A stretch of DNA of 64,000 nt. Origin: Hormiphora californensis. Taxonomy: Eukaryota; Animalia; Ctenophora. Below the pieces are notes generated by a model that made no database searches, was not told the DNA's origin, and saw only the letters and a program-made list of their open reading frames with translations. Below, in pieces: positions 22,570 to 35,414 of the stretch. The translations under genes and the position numbers were made by a program. Numbering within the stretch: the stretch's first letter is position 1; each line of letters begins with the position of its first letter. The stretch covers positions 5,828,001 to 5,892,000 of the forward strand of contig CM035354.1 of the NCBI GenBank assembly GCA_020137815.1. The letters run 5' to 3'.

Positions 22570-25500
22570 TGATGATGAAGGAGGGCTCTGATTGGCTCCC
22601 AGCCGGCCCTGGCCGTCCTCTGATTGGTCAACAGCCGTCCCTGGCCACTCTTGTTAACCTGTCACATGTGAGCATGGATTGCTGATGTGTGAAACCTCAA
22701 ATTCTCCGCTGTTTTAATATATCTGTTTGACATGTTACGTTGCGTGCAGCTAGCGGGTCTGATCCTTGTCCTATTTACCCTTTGCCGTAAGTAGATCTAG
22801 TGGTTTATTTTTAATACAGCAAACTACCAATATGTTTCCAGTGGGCGGCCAATATGGCGGAGCACCAAAAATATGCTCTGAACACATCATTAACAACTAA
22901 ATGAACCACGAACAACTAAATGAACCACGAAGTTCACATTCAATATCTTCCTTCCTCTCAGATGGGCAGAGGGAGAATTGTGTCGAGTGGACGTCCTCAC
23001 TTCCGTGGTGTCCAGACCAATATCAGGAGACACGGTGCCGTGGATGACGGACTTCCTAGGGCCATCAAGGAACAGTGTAATGCTGTCAGGGAAACATTTC
23101 CACCAAACAGTAAAGTCCACGAGGTCTTTACTGCCTGTGTACAGTGTACACTGTACAGGTACTGATGCCTAATGGGGCTGGATATTATCCAGTGGATGAT
23201 TACAGAATTCGAAATCTGGTGATATGTCCTTTCCTGTTATATGTAGGAAGATACAGAGTTAGGTCCTCATGCTTACAGTATTCCTCTTAGTGATTGGGGG
23301 AAACTTCCCAGGATATATTTTGAAAAGTCACCCGGACCAGAAACGATATCGCCGCCGCCTGGAGGAAACTGAATTTGAGACTCCTTCCAGTTTCAAAGCA
23401 GGTTAGAACGGGGTGTGAGAATGAAAGAGAGAGAGAGAGAAAATAAAGAGATGTTTGTCTAGTATTAGTTAAATCAAAGACACGTGCTTATATTATAGAC
23501 CCATCGCTAACGTCTAACCCACCCATTTCAGGCAAGGTGGTGCAAACAGTGGTGGAGGAGAAACGTGTACTATCAACACGTACGATCGGGGTACAGCCTG
23601 TATTACCGGGCTACGGTTCCATGTACACTACGTCATGCGTGGCCAGGTCCATAGAGAAGATGGTAGTGTATGGGATATACGATTCTCTACAGGGTGGGAG
23701 CTACGCAAATAAGCTGAAAAATGTCGCCCTTTTTGTTGGAAAAACTTCGTAAGTCTTAATAATGATAATGGAATTAGTAGTTTAGGGTCTGTCTTTGAAA
23801 TACAAGCAACAAATAAATAAAGGAACTCAGTCTTTCAGTGTGATACGCTAGACACTCCTTGAGTTACTGGACCAACCACAAACCACTCCTAGGTTGGTGC
23901 TGGGAGAGAGTTTTGACATCAACTACCAGGGTCTGGGGTACGGTGCCCCTGCCATAGTAGACGACAAGTTGCTGGTCTGGAGAGACGATCACTTTATCTA
24001 TGCCGAGGAGAAGAATGGACAGGTAATACCAATTGGTTTGAATCTCAGTGCGCTCAATGCTCATATCGATTATCGGCACCAGCAGACAGCGCTTACACGT
24101 CCAGTGTCACTTTTACAACACCAGTCACCACTACTTATTTAACTCACACTAACTACCTAGAAATGAATGAAAGCGTTTTATTCAACCCCCCCCCACCACA
24201 CTGTGAGACACTGAGACCAATGCTCTGACAGACACCCCCCAACTGCAGGTTCGGATAAGGTGGGATCCTGCTGGTCAACTGCAGATCTCTATCGGAGATA
24301 GTTATGGAAACCAGACAATGGGTCTCTGTGGGCTGTACAATAACGATCCTAGTGTGGGAGAGGAACACAACTCTATTGAACATGCTCATGGAAACGCTGA
24401 AATGAGTGTGAGTGATCGAATGTTATTTGGACATTGAAAACTACCGGTGCCGTGCTGGGCAGAGTGATAGAGAACGGGTTGGGCAGAGAGATAGAGAACG
24501 GGGTTACATCGTGCCCAAACCGACTCTTATTAGTTAGCAGCACCAAATCTGAAAATCTACATTCCTAGTTGTGGATTAATGTTCAATTCTCTCAGAGTGC
24601 GAAGTTTTCCACGGAGTGGGCCCTATCTGGGTGCTACCACGAGCCCAAAATGAAGTTGGAGGAGCGGTTCAGGAATTGTGATAAGATGACATTCAACCGT
24701 CTCTGCTCTGTCACCCACGCAGCCCCTGACCTGGCGGACTGTCTGAGGGATGAGAGTTACGGACGCCGATACCAACAGGTTAGAATATAATACAGACTCT
24801 ATCTGATCTCTAACAAACATAACGTAACAGTACAAGACGATAGTAGTATAGGTGGTTACTTGTTAGATATCTGGCCTATAATAGATGAACTCATTTGTAT
24901 TATTATCTGGCCGGGAAACTCATTTTTGAAAACAACCCACAGGAGTGCTTGAAAAACCTGTGCATCTGTGATGATCTGGATTCCTGTATGTACAGCGAGA
25001 CTCTGAGGATCGCCAATGATTGTTATGATAGACTGGGACTGAAGATAAAGAATGGTAATGGGTGTTTAATATTTTCCTTCCCAATCTGGACAAAGATGAT
25101 ATCTTTATACTAGTAATACCTCTATGTATACCTCTATTATACCCCTGTGGGACCCCTCTATATGTATCTTTACATCTTTATACCTCTCTCTACTCTCTAT
25201 CCCTCAGATGACCTAAGGACGTACCTGGATACGGATTACATCCAGAGATACCTACCAATGACACGAGAGGTTCCAATGATTGGACCAGGATGAGGGGAGA
25301 GGAGGGGGATGAAGAGCGGGGCACCCGCTAGTTATGGAGCCTTTGTTCCCGGTAAGATAAAGGGAGAGAAAGAACGGGAGAGAGGGACGGGGGAGAAGAG
25401 GGGGAGGAGAGGAACGAGCAGAGAGGAGAGCAGACCCAAACAGACACAGACACAGATAACGAAATGTTCCTATCTTCCTTTTTCCAGCTGCTGATTGTTA

Positions 25501-28500
25501 TGTTTACGGACACAGCTACATGCAGACCTTCGATGAAGTCTCCTACAGAACAGGGGCGCACGGGTGTACCTATCCCCTGGCTGTCAAGGCTGGAGTCAAG
25601 GTAAAATATTATTTATTAATTTAGTTGTTTTATTTCTGCGACGGATATTATCCTTTTTTGTTGAGTAACAAATAATTCTCGCCCTTTGAAAGTTCTTATT
25701 TTTAGGATTTCGCAGTGTACGGAACGTTTGGAGTGGAAGGAGAGGGAGGTGCCTAGTGCCAGTTTGAGTTACGTCAGTCTCTTTGATCTGCGAAATAGGG
25801 TGCGAGTTCAGCTTGGACAGGGACGCGAGATTAATTACGAAGGACGGGCCGTTCTTCTACCATACCATCGGGAATTCGTTTCAATTTGGTAAGTCTTAGA
25901 GAGTTAGGTTTACGGTCATGCAATGAAACATTTTTAGTGAAAATTATACAGAACAATAATACAGAACAGGATTATCTCAAAACACTATCAACAACCTCCC
26001 CCTCCATCACCGCCCCCTCCCCCTCCACCATCACCACCTCCCCCACCACAATCCCCTCCTCCTCCTCCTCCATCACCCCCTCCACCCCAACTATCTCCAC
26101 CCCACCCACCATGACCACCTCCTCCACCACCACCCCATCTTCCCCTTCTCCTGTCCGCTCGCCCTCCACGGCAACAGCAGCACAGGACACAGAAAAACAT
26201 CATTACGAAGATAATCGCCAACCCACCTGTGTAGAAGTGAAATGTGAAACATGAAATTTGATTTTATGAAGGAGTACATAAAGTTTTATGAAGGAGCAGG
26301 TGTATCTACCTTGAACCAAAACCATCAATCCCTCGCTTTCCTCGTTATCTCCACATAATCATTGACATCGGATTCGGTTCCATCATGTTTCCGGGACCAG
26401 GTATCTCCCATTATTTCTACTTTCTAGCTATGCCACTAAAAAACTAAACGGTTTATTTTAAAAGTTATAAAAAGGTTAAAATAACTATGCGGTATCGTCG
26501 TCACTGTCTTCAGCTGATATTCTGTCGGGCGAGAGTCTGGTGCAAATCTGAGACCATACGAAGCAAACGGTTGCAAAAAATAGTGTCCCTGAAAAACAAA
26601 GGGTCTAGGAAATACAGATACAAATAATGGTCCAAAAACTAATGAACAAATCACTATTCACACGAACCTACAAGAAGAATAACAAGGGCAACAGTTGAGA
26701 GATGGTCTTCAGGTGGGGGCGGGTTAAAAGCCTCAACAACTACTGAAGAGGCAGGGGTCGGAGGGTGGAGGGTGGTCACATCCAATACTGCCATATTAGG
26801 AAGTTGAGTAAACCCAACAACAACTAGTTTTTTGGTGACCAGTTTTGTCGAACACGATTATTGGAAGGAAGAATGTGGGTGTGATTGGCTCGCTTTGTGT
26901 AAGCAGCGGCAGTTAACACTGGTCACTACCCTTCATTTCCCCCCTACCTTGTTCCCCCACCGCCGCTCGTCTGGGGAAATTTTAGGGACCGACTGGTTGT
27001 TGTTGATCACCTCCCCCGCCACGCCACACGACTCCGCCCCGAGTTCACGGGCCAACACCTCAGTGACAAGACGGTTCCCCAAACGCTCTGGGGCGACGGC
27101 CACGGCGACGGCCGAGGACAGCTAGGAAGAGAGCGGAACGAATCGGATGTGTATCCCCGTTGCGAGCCGACTAGACTCACACCATGGCACGCAGAGGAAA
27201 GTGGTGGGTTTTAGCGCACACCAAAAAGTGGACCCCCCCTGCAAGTTCCACCCAACATTAAGGCGGTCATAATGAAAGCAGAGTGGTAAATCACAATTGT
27301 ACAGTACAGACTAAAAACAATTTACATACAAAATTCTGAGTATTGTTTCTCTGAGACGTATTTCTCTCATTCTCTATCCTTCGGGGTGATTCAGAGTCTT
27401 TTGTTGTTTGTTTAAGACTAGCTTGCCCCCCATGATCGAGCCGCAAGAATTTTGCGTCTATTGAGGTTGAGAGGACCTATCATATACACCTCAGTCACCA
27501 CCCACTCCACATCCGCCATTCCCATCACAATACTATACGTGCTCCACCATCCCCTCCTACCCCCCTGAGCACCCAACTCGCCACCGCCTCAATCACATCC
27601 GCCTTCAACCTTCATACCGAACCAACCACCTCCACCACCACCCATGGTCGATGTCAAACCTCCTTGATGTCGTATTGTCCAGTCCCATCCCTCGTCTACT
27701 CGTGGGTATGGGCTGCCCGATGGCTTGTCCCTATGGTGCCATCCTCCATATGTTGGTTGGTGGCGGGTAAGTGGGCAGTGGGTATACCATGTGGTGACCG
27801 CCTGGGTGGTGGTGGTGGGTAGTGACCAGGATCACCATGGTGATTCGGATACGGTCCATTTCTGGTTCATCGCCCGGGACAGTCAAACCCAAAAACAGTA
27901 TTTTATCAAAATTGTCAGGTTGCTGAACTCCTCAACAGTAAATTGCCAAGATTATCGCCGATACTGAAACATAGTTAGATTTCGTCAGATAAACTCAATT
28001 TCACCAAGTTGTGACAGAAAAGAGAAAAAGTATGACAATGGAAAAGAGAGTTAGCCTTCCATTCTACAAAGGGTTTAGAATGCAAATTGAATGTTTAAAA
28101 TCAAAGTCCCCATTCCCTAGGGGTAAATCATCATCAAATGGTCGTATTGTTAGTATCGTGATCCCGGGCCACTCTACTGAGTTTAACTGCTAACCCATCC
28201 ACGTACATTGTGCTGTGGGAAGTTTAGAAACATTTGTAATCTACAAGTGCAATAGAAGCGATAGCCCCTGATGAACATTTTACCACAGGCTTCTTTTCTG
28301 CCCCATTGAACAAGCTTGCCTTTCGGCGCCCGGAAACCGTGTCCAGCGGCGCTCCCGCCCAAGCACAACACCCCCGACCCTCGACCAATATACACACTTC
28401 TCCACGCAGGGACACCCTTGCGCATCCGCTAGCGCCTACCAACCCACCTCAACCCTATCCGTCCACGAGAGACCCATGTGTGTGTGAACCGACGGGTGGC

Positions 28501-31335
28501 GAGCGCCCCGGGGCTCATGGGGCCCGCAGAAGAGGCGACGGAAGTGGGCAAGGAAAGGGAAGGCTGATGATGGGGGGACACGGGAGGCCCGGGGACCAGA
28601 GAAAGAGAGGCGGTGCGGACAGACCGGGCACGGGACACGGGCGGCGGCACCACGGCGGCTCCGGAAGCGGCTACCGCGATTGCGGGCGTTCCGGCCCTAC
28701 GTGAAACGGATTCATCCCGCGACCGAGGGCGCGCCGCTGCCGCCTCACACGGGTAGGCCGAGAGGATAGGCCGCGCGGCGCGGCGAACGGCGCGCTCGCT
28801 CTTTTGTTCCCCGCCGCCCCTCGAGTAGAGTAGGTTGATGTGTCAAAGGGGCATTTAGGGGCAAGGGACGGAGAGAGAGGATTACCTCGGCACGTCGATG
28901 GGGAGGGGGGCGTCACAATGTCCCCACTACCAAACTCTCCCCCCCCCACCCTCGAGAAGACTTAGAGACACTACCTAGAGGCGTGGGATGCGTGTATACA
29001 GTGCGTGTGTAGCGGCGTCCGAATAACACCCACGCCAGGTGGACAGACGGTCGGCACCACGGAGGAGCAATTGGACCGAAGTGACAAGCCGAGAACAAAG
29101 CAACGGAAGGGGGCAAGCGAAAAACAGACGGGGACAGAAGGAAGCGATCGTCAGGAAACATAGTCACAAAAGAGGCAGTAACTCGAGCGTGTGCGGAGTG
29201 CGAAGTATACCAAATATCGCAAGGGATAGAAAGCAAACGCGGAGAATGTCTAAGCACGAGAGCACAAGAGAGCGGGGAGGTTCCAGGTCCAAAAACTTTG
29301 ATTGGCGTACAAACAGTAAAAGCAACCAATAGATGTCCGGCGTAAGTGAGTCGATGTAAACTGGTGATGGAAGCCGTCACCACCAACCACAAAGTAGCAG
29401 CAAGCACAGAGCCAGCGAAGACGTAGCACGACAGACAGCGTCGGCGGCGACAAACATGGCAGCAAATAGAGAGATGAACTAGGAAGGGAATAGGGAGGGC
29501 AACGGGAGAGAGGAGGGAAAGAGAGGGAGCATAACGACAAAGACAGCGGAGGGGGGCGAAAAGCCTAACAAAAGACCACTGGAGCCGAGGTACACTGGAC
29601 GGAGAAAGGTAGGACAGGAAGGCGGAGAGACCACGAAAACATTGCAGCAGACACCTGCCCGGCACCAAATTTGAACGAGACATACCGTTTAATTAAAGTC
29701 ATCCTAGGCCAAACGAGCCGTAATATTCCACATATTCGACACAACAAGGAAATAGGAATGCTCGGTCGGCGTGTGACTGTTTACAGTCCCCGATGAGCAA
29801 CCCAAAACGAACGAAACAACAAGAAATGACAAATATCCTAATCTATTATGATTCATTCTGTCCCAAATCCCAAAATAACTTCCTATATTTTCTAACTCCC
29901 CGCTCCATGATAGGGAGGAAGGAGACCACGTCTTTGTATTTGACCATGATCTTGGGCTGGAGCTCCGCTGGGACGGCAGGACAACACTGAGGATTAGGGT
30001 CAGCAAGGACTACCATGGCTCCACTAGAGGTATGTTGCACGGAACATAAGACATGTTGCACGGTATTGTTGTTCTTTCTCTCGAGTAGTAAACAAAAGTA
30101 AGTTAACGAGGGTTCCCCCCCCAAGTTTGGGAGATGTTACATAAATAGTGATCTGAGAATGTACTCCGAGGTAGCGCAGTGTAAAGTCAGTGCCTGACAA
30201 GAGAATACATCATTACTACTACATATACCAAACAGGTCTGTGTGGAACGTTCAATGGGGAATCAGAAGATGAAATTAATCTGCTCCATCACCGTCCTTAT
30301 CTGCCACAAACCTACCAGGAAATGGTCCAGGTAAATTCGAAAATCATTCAATTTCCCGTGCGTCGTCGTGTCAATACGTAACGTTACATCACCCCTACAC
30401 AAGTGATGGCATACTTTGCCCCATGTAACGTGCAAAATTGCTTGCGTGCTATGTTACATTCAGTATAACACACCCATTACCCAAGTGACGTGTCCTAATA
30501 AAACACCCCCTCTCCCCTCCATCCCAGGATGGCAGCTGCCCAGTTGCTCCTTCAACCCTGCCCTGTACAACACTGAGGATCAATGTATCCCGTCTATGGA
30601 CGACTACACCGATGTCGATCAGCCCTGACATCAGTCAAGTTTAGCTTCTGTGTCACAGATCTACCCCCCATCCACTTTATTGGAGCGTTGAGTTGAATCA
30701 GCCTATTGTGTCGTCGTTAATCGGCTTTAGTGAACAGGTTACCAGTTGATTTGTGTGTAGGGTATAACCTCAAGCTTAGATGAATAGGGGAACAATAGTG
30801 ACACGTTAGGGGCAGGGTTACAATCCACAACCCGTGTAATGTATTCTTGTAAAACTACCAATACCACAACTTGTAAGTTGTAACCCCCTGCTATAATAGT
30901 GCTATAACACAACACATTTAGGACCTATGCCGTTGTTTGGATGACGAAACGTGCAAGTGTGATATAGTGAGTGCATACGCCCAGATCTGCGAGGACCGAA
31001 TTAGGACACCACTCTCCTGGAGAAGCGAGGATCTCTGCCGTGAGTCCCCATAAATATGTAGCTTCTTTGTTCTAACTCTCCTTTGCAATATCAATATCCA
31101 ATAGAGATCCAATTATGTGCAGTGAGAGAGGGTCTAGCAAGGCAATAATTTCCATGTCCCTCTAACAACTTGTTGAGTAATAAAAACCCCTATCCCTATT
31201 TCAGCGGCTAACGCGTGCTACTTTGCCAATAACGGTTGCCAACACACCTGCACTCCCCCCGGGGTCTGCTCCTGTGATCCAGGGTTCGAGTTGGGAAGCG
31301 ATGGAAAGAGCTGCCTAGTGAACATTGAACTGTGA
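22570..31335 (+). CDS. Secreted multi-exon VWD-C8-VWD-C8-EGF protein (mucin/otogelin/BMPER-like modules); several apparent indels; start uncertain
   Basis: Signal-like exon LAGLILVLFTLC; VWD1 IRWD...TMGLCGLYNND; C8 CLKNLCICDD; VWD2 CYVYGHSYMQTFDE...CTY, LRWDG, GLCGTFNG; C8 DLCRC..CKCDIVSAYAQIC..WRSEDLC; EGF CYFANNGCQHTC..CSCDPGFELGSDGKSC; stop at 31335. Confidence 0.8.
25988..26386 (-). CDS. Small TM / Cys-string / Gly-rich protein nested antisense in the VWD gene intron (2 exons)
   Basis: Acceptor ctacacag then GLAIIFVMMFFCVLCCCCRGG...GGGDCGGG...GGGGC*. Upstream exon MMEPNPMSM..GDNEESEGLMVLVQ with a GT donor at ~26309; needs one indel. Confidence 0.6.
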
Positions 31336-32334
31336 GGGACGTGACGACTAGGATGAAATTATAGATGGAGGGACTATATATGTGATTTGCATGATGTAAA
31401 CTGTAACAAGTTGCCAACACTTTAATTTTGATATATCGATTGTTTTATTTTGATTCAAAGGTGGAAATTAGGGCACAAGATCCTCTATTATCATTGATTA
31501 TATCTCTCTCCAACCTTCTTCTGCGTTCTCTCATTCGGCCTTTGGGGTTCAGATAACGTGGTAACTGGTAGTTCGACTGCTGCATCGGGCTCACGGCACC
31601 TTAGTACTCTTCCCGTGCAGCCGGGGATGAACGGTACCCTTTTTTCAGGCGGGCAAGTGATCGTTGCATTGTGGAACCACCTGCCAATAGTGAGCGCGCA
31701 CGTCTCCTTACACCCTTGTCACCGCGCGGTACGTCATTACGCCGCAGAAAGTGTGACAAGCTGTGACACACGGCGTTCAGAAACTAGAAACTCCAGTTTC
31801 CAAACCAATACCGTACAACTACAAGGGAACTACAACAGGAACGACTTGTTGATGGTTTGATGTGTACCCTATATAATCCCAATTCCTCTGGTCTGTTGAG
31901 TGTAAACGGTCCAAAGTCCAATCAAATGTCGGATTGGCAATTGTCATCGCTAATTAAAAGAACTCTAAACATATGCTTGCATATTATGCAGCATGATATT
32001 TATCTTGTCTCTCTCCTTCTTCCCTACTCATCCTCTTTCTCTCACATAGCTCCTAACCTAAACTAAACACACTAAACTCTATATGATAGCAGTGTTGTAA
32101 GTTGTTTTCTTTCCATCCTCTTGTGTTTTGCTGCTATCATGCGTGGTAGGATGTATTAATAATAATACATGGTACATTTTCACTGGCTAAGTCCTTTGAT
32201 CCAGGCAGTTAATTCTCTAATGTTTCCTACTGCTTTGTAGAATCTTCACTTCCGCCCCCTCTTTATCCAGACCTCTGATGGATACCCCAATTATTCCATG
32301 TATAGATGTAATTGTTGTGCCCTTCTTCCCCCTC

Positions 32335-32510
32335 TCCAGTCTCTGTCTATTCCTCTCTCTATTTCTCTCAATCCCCCTCTCTAGTCTCTGTCTATTCCCC
32401 TCTCTATTTCTCTCAATCCCCCTCTCTAGTTGGGCTCTATTCCTCTCTCTCTCTGTTTCTCTCAATCCCCCTCTCTAGTTGGGCTCTATTCCTCTCTCTA
32501 TTTCTCTGAA
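32335..32510. repeat. Pyrimidine-rich ~45-bp minisatellite
   Basis: About four copies of ctattcctctctctatttctctcaatccccctctctagt. Confidence 0.85.
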
Positions 32511-35414
32511 TCTAGTGCTCCCTTTGGCCTTTACGCATACACTCGAAATGTATGAAGAGTAATATTGCCTCCCTCCCCCTCTCTCTCTCAGTACACTCAA
32601 ATCATATCAGCTTTGTGAGCCGATCTTTGCTTCCTCTCTGTTCGAATACATGCTTTTGTACTTGTTGTAGGTAGGTACGTCCCGTTTCATTGCCATGTTG
32701 ATTGTTGATATATCTTACTGATATGGAGTAAGTTTATTCTCAACTAATTAATTGTGCACCTCCCTGTCCAATCTAGTTTACTCTCTCAGATCGCTCGTTA
32801 TGTATCTAGATACATCATATCTCTCTTGTTTCTCTCTCACACCCACTCTTTGCTTGTTATCTACATTGTACAAGTGAGCTGCAGCAGTACACATGTATCT
32901 CTCGCATCACTTGTAGTTAGGACATGATGCAATGCGTTGTAGTTTGTACGTATCCAATGTTGTGTATCTATTGTGTATATCGATATCAATATTGCTTTGC
33001 TTTGTTGAGTAAGTAACCCCTTACTCAACAAGTTTTGCTGCTTTGAGACATGACTTTAGTTAACAAACGTCAAACCCCATCCTATAGGAATCTATACATC
33101 CAGGAGACGATGTACATATCCTATAATGACCGGACTATCCCTTGAGGCTCCCCATTCTACCTAAACGTTCTACCTTGTTTTGTTTTAGCCTCTATACCAC
33201 TAGTCGGTAATGCGGTGTATTTCATGGCATGCCCTACGCCGTCTGCTCACCAGTGATTTCTATGGATATTTGGTAAGTGAAAATGATATTTGGTAAGTGA
33301 AACTGATATTTGGTAAGTGAAACTGGCTCACAAACGAGTATAATCTACCTAGATTCAGACTACAAGACTACAATGTGGCAAATTCATACACCTGCTGCAT
33401 ATTAGAAGAAATTCTGAAGTGTTGACAGGACTCTTAGACATTAGAGTCCAGGAAGGATTCTCTTAGGAGTGATATTTCATATTCAGCATTTTGTAACTCC
33501 CGCACGGCGCACACGATCTTGTCATCTTGCAGCCAAAAAGTAGTATTAAAAATCCCAACCCGTTATAGTGCTTGTAGTTCATTGTTACTCAACAAATATT
33601 TCGGCCTCCCAAAACATACGAAAATTAAATTAAAATATGTTAAATGCGAGGCTGGAGGCACAGGGTATGCAGTATGCACCAAGTTAATCTATCTCTCGAC
33701 ACACGTGATGATAATGTGACGATGGGATTCGCATAAAACCCGCTAGCTAGTTGCCATACGGAGTAATTTTTGACGACACATCGTACAACCTAGAATTTCA
33801 ATGAGCACCACCTTATGACTCGTATATAATTCTTTAGCATCTCCAGCCGCGTAGCAATATATTATGTGGCCGTCATTTCTCACCAAAATTTCGTGACGTC
33901 ATTGGAAGGGGTTTTATCAGCAAATCTCACGCAATTTTGGTGTGAAGTGGGTCGGTGCACTGTTCCCCGTACTACGTAGGAGGGCTGAGGGGAGAATGAG
34001 ACGTTGTTCCTCTCGTCCAGAGGTCACAAGTGAACATTCTTTATTTTTATGGTTCCTTTTCTTATCAAATCCTAGGAGAACTAATAAAATAAATGAAAAC
34101 ATGTGAACGTTAGAGCTACATAAATATGTTGAGAAAATGGGCTCTTTTTAGGTTTTCATTTTCAATTCATAGTATAAATTGACACTATCCCTCTTTAGGT
34201 AAGGGCCTAAAGAGCTCCGTAGGTAGCAACGTCTCCATAGAGCTAGTGGCTCTGTAACTGGTTGTCGATTATTTAATGCAGTTTGGGTGGTTTACCGGCC
34301 CAAATTCAATCCCCATTGTCTTGGGACCCAGGCCCGAAGTCTGGTTTGTCCCACTCAAACAGTGCATTAAACTAATGTTCATCATTAACGTGCCCCCTGC
34401 ACTAAGTGTTCAGTGGGAGTGTAGTAGATCGCACGTGACACCGACCAAAAGATAGAGTACGGATATATCTCTGAGTTGTTCATCAAATCAGGAGTTAAAT
34501 TATTGAGAGGTATACGTGGGATGACGCTGATCAAGCCATATGTTTCATTATCCGAATCACAATATGTTTCTCCTAGCTCAAACATAAGCAAAGGGTTCTC
34601 GGATTAATTGGAATGAAACGTTTTGTATAGATCTCATAGTAACCTCATTCATGTCAGAATGTCAGTGGTCACTGGTCATCCGACATAATTGCCATGTCTT
34701 TGCAGAATTACCTCCATTGTCTAAACATTAGTAAGAGCAACGCAGAGAAAGACGTTGATTTCTGCTATCTGGACCAAACCCTTTTGCCCTGGTTACCATT
34801 TTCGATAACCAATATTTGGCCCCGTTTTGGCACTTTATCAGCACCGCTACCACGAAACACTTTCTATGAGAGGTTGTTGAGAGGTAGAATTCGCATTCAT
34901 GCCCTTCTCCTCCCTCATTATCTCTTTAAGAAATAACTACAAGGCCGACTGTCCCCCCACCACCATACCTCGACTCACGTGATGGTTTTAATGTTATCAG
35001 CTGCAGGGAGCTCTAAACTTTTAATTCGATGCCACTAATGCTCTAGTTCCATTTCTACCGCGTTTGAACGCTCCCACTTTTCCCGTGAACCCTCGATAAC
35101 ATTTTCCGCTGAACAGAAATCTCATCCCCCTTTGTTGTTGATAAGGACATTAATCTTTTGCCCCCGCAATTTCCCTGCAAAAATACCTTGATTGAACCTT
35201 AATTTTATCACATCGAAATCAAATAGCCGTAAAATAGATAAGAATTATCTCTCTCTCTCCCTCTCTCTCTCCCTCTCCTCTCTCCCTCCTCTCACGGACA
35301 AAAACTTTGCCATTTCTGACGCCATCAATTTTTGCTGCTTAGCTTCAACTCAGCTCTACCGCCGGCCCGAATTGTAGCTTTGAACTATACTGCGTATTTC
35401 TTCTCCCTTTAATC

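Noticed and set aside
25886-26254. Mucin PTS exon on the plus strand
   Set aside because: VWD2 splices cleanly across it (25888 to 29914); better explained as the antisense of the Gly-rich ORF.
28913-29683. 256-aa hydrophobic ORF
   Set aside because: No motifs; its composition follows from pyrimidine skew.
31540-31650. Pol III/tRNA-like gene (GTTCGA plus T-run)
   Set aside because: No cloverleaf or properly spaced A box could be built.
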